Assembly (NCBI GenBank): GCA_020348445.1
Contig: CP070751.1
Coordinates: 1,124,934-1,145,118, forward strand
Source of the DNA: Thermoplasmata archaeon
GTDB lineage: Archaea > Thermoplasmatota > Thermoplasmata > GCA-020350865
Direction of reading: 5' to 3'
DNA length: 20,185 nucleotides
Numbering within the stretch: position 1 is the first letter of the stretch; every line of letters begins with the position of its first letter. The notes beneath the pieces are model-generated. The model had not been told where the DNA came from. It did not search any database and worked only from the letters and a program-made list of their open reading frames with translations. This document shows, in pieces, positions 15,800 through 20,185 of the stretch. Position numbers and translations under genes: made by a program.

Positions 15800-18142
15800 A
15801 TGGCGACATTTCCAGGTTTAGATTCAAGATTTATTATTGATTTATCATTGCAACAACCATTCCGTGATAAAGACACTGGCTTGCCTTTACGCAATGGTAC
15901 TCTGACTTTCTATGATGACTGCAATCGTACAACTCCTAAGAGCGTGTATAAGCTATCTGGTGGACCATCATCATATATATATACAGATGTTGGTAATGTT
16001 ATTACATTAAACAGCGCTGGTTACCCGACTGATACAATTTACTATTTTCCTTATGATGGTGACCCAGATACATCTGAAGGTGATATTGTCCTTTACTATG
16101 TTGAAGTTAAAAATGAGAGTGGTGTAACTCAACAGAACAGAGAAGCCATACCTAACTTGGTTAAGGAGTCAGCTGAATCTACTAATTTAGAGAACTTCAT
16201 CCCAAATGGTCAATTCAGGGCTAACAAAACTATTGGTGACATAACTAGCGTTGAAGAAACATGCGTTGCGTACGGTCCATGGTATTGGGTACAAGATTCA
16301 ACCTCTTCTGCAACTGATAATGTAAGCTTTAATAATCTTGGTATTACTAATGATCCTGAAAGATATCCAAGATATGAGTGTGTTGTTCAAAGCATTACTC
16401 CAGACGGTGGTGACTTGGTTAAAGACCTTAGAATTAGGTTTAAGGATGTTAACAAATTTGCGTCTACAACAGATGTATTTACGTTTAAATTTTCTGGTAG
16501 AAGTAAGACTGGTGCAAATGTTTCTGTTGAGGCATTTGCAGTTTACAACTTAGGTACGGGTGGGTCACCTTCTACTAGAATTGAGAAATCAATTAAATCG
16601 TCAACTGACCTAACTCCATCATGGACTACTGTTGAAGGAAGCTTCACGTTTGATGTTAATGATGGTGAGACTCTTGGAACTAATAACGATGACTACGTAG
16701 AAATTGCCATTCGATTCCCTACTGATGGTGCTTTTACTGCAGGTATTACTGACTGTGTATTGGCGCTAGGTGATTTAACAGACGTTGAATATCCATACAT
16801 TACAGACGAGCAAGATAGCTCAGTTTATCTTGGTGGAAGCCTTCCTTACCCCGATCCTGATGGAGCTAATTTATACTTGCCAACTAGACTCGGTCCTTGC
16901 GGACTTGAATATGATGATTCAATGGTAAGTGATGTTATATATAAAACAAGACATCTTTATTTAGAGCCAAATGAGATTGTCTGCGATGGAACTTCTTACT
17001 TTGATAATCAAACTAAAAATGGCATACCACTTTCAAGATGTGGTCAGAAGCTAAGACTAGATTCAGGTACTGAGCCACGTTTTGGTACTGGACGTCAGTT
17101 TGTAAATCCTTATGTAACAGCTGGTAATTTAGATTATGTTTACTTGGCGACAAACTTCAAAGGTTCTACTACTTTGGCTGCAGCAGGCACCTCTGGATTT
17201 ACGGTTGCTGCTGCCCATACAGGAGCAGACTACGCGTGTGAATCATACCGAACTTCGGCCATTACCAATCATGTATATATACATGACCTTGCATTTGGTG
17301 CAGCTGCTACACCACCATCTGCAGGAACATCTGGTTTTACTATTACCGTACTGCGTCAGGGAAATACCAATGTTAGAGAGTTAATTAGAGTAGATACGAT
17401 TTCGGCAGCTGCTATGGTTTCTGGTGGAAAATATTTTTTATGGTCAAATACAACTACTAACTATTATGTCTGGTTTACCATCGATGGACTTGGTTCTGAT
17501 CCTGCACCAGGAGGAATAGGTATTAAAATTAATCTTTTAAGCACAGATTCTTCATCTGAAGTTGCAGTTAAGTTATTCAAAGCCATGAATGGTTATCAGT
17601 TAACTCAAATACTTTGTACGTCAGGTGCAACACTTGATGGCAAGTATTTTACATTCAGCACTTATGTACCAACAGATTACTATGTTTGGTATAACGTAGA
17701 TGGTGGAAGTACTGATCCAGCACAGAGTGGGACAGGCATTGAAGTGGCAATCGCAAGCACAGATACTGCCACTCAAGTTGCAGCAGCTACCGTAAGCGCA
17801 TTGAATATGTTCGCATGGTGTCCTCCAGATCTAAGGGGGAGATTTATTCGTATATACAATAATGGTTCTGGATTTGATCCTGAGGCATCTAACCGTTATA
17901 TGCTTTGGCGTGAAGATAATGATGGGGATAATATCGGTACTACTCAGATTGATGAATATTCTGAGCATAACCATCCATTTAGTTATAGTGCAGTTTTGGC
18001 AGAAGGGACATTTGTAGTAGTAGATACTTTAATCACTGGTATAAATGGTGATACATCATTACCCAATAATATTTCAGTTAATTCTGGTGGAAAAGAGACG
18101 CGCCCAGAAAATATTTATTTGAATGCAGTCATGAAAATTTAG
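15800..18142 (+). CDS. Tailspike/tail fibre: virion-attachment N-domain, carbohydrate-binding-like domain, tail-collar domain with inserted repeats
   Basis: GLPLRNGTLTFY...PKSVYK N-terminus; NFIPNGQF beta-sandwich start; collar motifs VCDG (about 16979-16990) and PDLRGRFIR (about 17825-17851); GGAGG RBS. Confidence 0.8.
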   Translation: MATFPGLDSRFIIDLSLQQPFRDKDTGLPLRNGTLTFYDDCNRTTPKSVYKLSGGPSSYIYTDVGNVITLNSAGYPTDTIYYFPYDGDPDTSEGDIVLYYVEVKNESGVTQQNREAIPNLVKESAESTNLENFIPNGQFRANKTIGDITSVEETCVAYGPWYWVQDSTSSATDNVSFNNLGITNDPERYPRYECVVQSITPDGGDLVKDLRIRFKDVNKFASTTDVFTFKFSGRSKTGANVSVEAFAVYNLGTGGSPSTRIEKSIKSSTDLTPSWTTVEGSFTFDVNDGETLGTNNDDYVEIAIRFPTDGAFTAGITDCVLALGDLTDVEYPYITDEQDSSVYLGGSLPYPDPDGANLYLPTRLGPCGLEYDDSMVSDVIYKTRHLYLEPNEIVCDGTSYFDNQTKNGIPLSRCGQKLRLDSGTEPRFGTGRQFVNPYVTAGNLDYVYLATNFKGSTTLAAAGTSGFTVAAAHTGADYACESYRTSAITNHVYIHDLAFGAAATPPSAGTSGFTITVLRQGNTNVRELIRVDTISAAAMVSGGKYFLWSNTTTNYYVWFTIDGLGSDPAPGGIGIKINLLSTDSSSEVAVKLFKAMNGYQLTQILCTSGATLDGKYFTFSTYVPTDYYVWYNVDGGSTDPAQSGTGIEVAIASTDTATQVAAATVSALNMFAWCPPDLRGRFIRIYNNGSGFDPEASNRYMLWREDNDGDNIGTTQIDEYSEHNHPFSYSAVLAEGTFVVVDTLITGINGDTSLPNNISVNSGGKETRPENIYLNAVMKI

Positions 18143-18151
18143 GAGACAACA

Positions 18152-18508
18152 ATGACAACACCTTTAAGAATAAGAAGAGATATTAACGGCAATCAAACTT
18201 ATGGGTTGTCATTCAGTGATGATAGCTATTGGGCGCAAGTACCTGCGGCAACTGTAGCCACGTTAACTGTGCCTAATGGCGTCACTGATGCTTTTTTTTC
18301 ATTCACTAAAGCGACTGACGTGTATGTCCGTTTAAATGGTTCAGCGTTGACCACACCACCTAGCGGCACTACTTTGCAACTGGCGGGCGAGACTGAGCTT
18401 AACCCTGGAAGCAGAAAAGTAACAGCGGGTGATACTTTGCAATTTTATTGTGAAGATGTTTGCGAGGTTGTCGTTAATTTTTATAAAACTACATCGGACC
18501 TAGACTAA
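18152..18508 (+). CDS. Hypothetical virion protein (beta-rich, 118 aa)
   Basis: ORF track; AGGAG RBS; lies in the tail cluster. Confidence 0.7.
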   Translation: MTTPLRIRRDINGNQTYGLSFSDDSYWAQVPAATVATLTVPNGVTDAFFSFTKATDVYVRLNGSALTTPPSGTTLQLAGETELNPGSRKVTAGDTLQFYCEDVCEVVVNFYKTTSDLD

Positions 18509-18678
18509 TGAGCTTCGAGGTTTTTTACAAAAGCAACAGCATCAGGTTGGATGAGGATCTATATAACTCCAACGTGAGTGATTTAGGGTCAGCGCCTATA
18601 CCACCAACGGTGGATGTGTTGCTACAAGAAAACGGCTCATATCTTTTACAGGAAGATGGTTCGAGAATTATTATATAG
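18508..18678 (+). CDS. 56-aa protein ending in LLQENGSYLLQEDGSRIII (probable tail-fibre accessory peptide)
   Basis: Translated by hand. TAATG coupling with the upstream gene; doubled LLQExG motif; lies before the MADLPIS fibre gene. Confidence 0.75.
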   Translation: MSFEVFYKSNSIRLDEDLYNSNVSDLGSAPIPPTVDVLLQENGSYLLQEDGSRIII

Positions 18679-18693
18679 TGAGGAGCTAGTAAA

Positions 18694-19500
18694 ATGGCAG
18701 ATTTACCAATATCAGGGCTACCAGCGGTCGTATCGATTGCGTCGACAGATGAATTTGCTTCGGCTCAATCTGGTGTCACCAAAAAATATACCGCGGTACA
18801 AATTGCAGAGGCCGCAGTTGCTTATCCGGGCTTTACCACCCATAACATTGTGTACGCTGGTAATTCAGGGGAGTTTAACCAAAGTGCTGACCTACAGTGG
18901 AAAAATGGCGCTAAAGAATTAAATATTCTAGGTACAACTAATATTGGTACTGGTACCTCAGTTTCTGATGCTGCCTTACAAGTAGCTAGCACTACACAAG
19001 GTTTTTTACCTCCACGCATGACAGAAGCAGAGCGCGATTTGATTACATCGCCAACTGAGGGCTTGGTTGTTTATGTTACTGATGTAGATAAATTATCTAT
19101 TTCGCAAGGTGGCGTTTGGGAATATTTACCAGTTATTGAAACGGTTACGCAAACGAATACCATTAGTGGCCCTTATGCCGCTCCACAATCTTATGATCTT
19201 GAATTTGTGATGCTAGATCAAAAGCGCGTGATGGTTAAGCTTAATAGAATTTTAGTCGCTGCAACTACGAGCGCTATTTTAACTGTTGATACACTTGTGC
19301 CTGCACAGTTTAGAGCTGGTTCACAACAACGCCAGGTTATTGAAACGACAGACAACGGGCAAGCGATGTTTGGTATTGTTGAAATAGATAATTCGGGACA
19401 ATTAACTATTGGTGTAACTGCAAATAAAGCGGCTTTTACAGGTGTTTCCACGGGTGGCAATACTGGTTTGCAAGCAACAACTTTCACCTATTCACTTTAA
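18694..19500 (+). CDS. Tail fibre-like / receptor-binding protein A
   Basis: N-terminal MADLPISGLP...TDEF...GVTKKYT; STTQGFLPPRMTEAERDLITSPTEGLVVYVTD module; beta-rich C-terminal domain; GAGGAG RBS. Confidence 0.7.
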   Translation: MADLPISGLPAVVSIASTDEFASAQSGVTKKYTAVQIAEAAVAYPGFTTHNIVYAGNSGEFNQSADLQWKNGAKELNILGTTNIGTGTSVSDAALQVASTTQGFLPPRMTEAERDLITSPTEGLVVYVTDVDKLSISQGGVWEYLPVIETVTQTNTISGPYAAPQSYDLEFVMLDQKRVMVKLNRILVAATTSAILTVDTLVPAQFRAGSQQRQVIETTDNGQAMFGIVEIDNSGQLTIGVTANKAAFTGVSTGGNTGLQATTFTYSL

Positions 19501-19515
19501 TAGAGGGGCGAATCA

Positions 19516-20185
19516 ATGGGTTATAAAATAAATCAAACTAAGCATCACATAGGTATACAAGGTACCGTGGCTGATGCAGATTTAGCAAACAGTGAAGCTA
19601 ATATACATCTAGATACAACATCTAAAGATATTAAGATTAAGTATAAAGACGATACCGGAACCGTGCGAACCATATTAATTGGTGAATCTAGCAGCTTTGC
19701 AACTAATGAAGTGCTATTCGGCGACACAGATGGGAGTATTACCTCAGATCCTGAGTTTTACTGGGATAATACTAAAAAGACTTTGGGTATTGGCGCACCA
19801 GCTGGCACGGTTGCAGCCCTTGCTATTTTTAGCACTACAAGAGGTAGTATACCAGCGCCACGCATGACACAAGCGGAAAGAGACGCGTTACCATCACCGG
19901 CTACAGGTTTACAGGTATTTAATACGGATACGAATACTTACGATTATTACACCGGCACTCTTTGGGTGAGTCTTGGCAATGAAGCTACCACTTTGGTTAA
20001 TACAACCGTGTCCGGGCCTTATGCCTCACCTGTCAATGTAAGTTATAGAATTGGTTTTATTAGTGATACACAAGTTGCTATATCATTTTCAGAGGTGACA
20101 GGCGCGGCAACCACAAGTAACACTATCGGACTTGATACGCAAATTGCTGCGGCATTTAGGCCAATATCCGATCAAATCCGAAACT
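19516..20185 (+). CDS. Tail fibre-like / receptor-binding protein B, paralog of A, partial (runs off the right edge)
   Basis: Translated by hand from ATG 19516 (GAGGGG RBS), open for 223 codons to the edge. STTRGSIPAPRMTQAERDALPSPATGLQVFNTD and SGPYASP...AATTS...DTQIAAAFR match protein A. Confidence 0.8.
   Translation, partial: MGYKINQTKHHIGIQGTVADADLANSEANIHLDTTSKDIKIKYKDDTGTVRTILIGESSSFATNEVLFGDTDGSITSDPEFYWDNTKKTLGIGAPAGTVAALAIFSTTRGSIPAPRMTQAERDALPSPATGLQVFNTDTNTYDYYTGTLWVSLGNEATTLVNTTVSGPYASPVNVSYRIGFISDTQVAISFSEVTGAATTSNTIGLDTQIAAAFRPISDQIRN

Larger units (their letters stand above)
1..20185 (+). mobile_element. Tailed phage/prophage segment, P22-like head-tail morphogenesis module
   Basis: Co-oriented, tightly coupled genes in the order terS-terL-portal-scaffold-coat-adaptor-tail hub-ejection proteins-tailspike. 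No host housekeeping genes. Confidence 0.96.

Noticed and set aside
1-20185. Stop-codon reassignment, introns/inteins or diversity-generating retroelement
   Set aside because: Large genes are intact in the standard code with expected sizes; no reverse transcriptase, homing endonuclease or template/variable repeat pair seen.

Overview
The whole window is one continuous piece of a tailed dsDNA phage or prophage with a P22/Sf6-like (podovirus) morphogenesis module. The left edge holds two leftward genes, one an AlpA/excisionase-like HTH protein. A divergent control region follows (phased 10-bp repeats, sigma70-like promoter). The long rightward operon runs: small accessory ORFs, terminase small subunit, five inserted small ORFs, terminase large subunit, P22-type portal, a frameshift-split basic protein, phage GroES, tRNA-Gln(UUG), a structured leader, scaffold, P22-type coat, head-tail adaptor and tail hub (gp4/gp10-like), three putative ejection proteins, a tailspike/fibre with a split collar domain, and tandem paralogous fibre proteins cut by the right edge. 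No lysis, integrase, replication or CRISPR genes are visible. The best leads are a tandem-duplicated RNA/DNA motif in front of the scaffold gene, a conserved basic gene needing a -1 shift at an A9 run, a small gene bracketed by an exact 19-bp duplication of the terL start, and helically phased repeats in the divergent region. All product calls come from motif recognition and synteny; no database searches were run.
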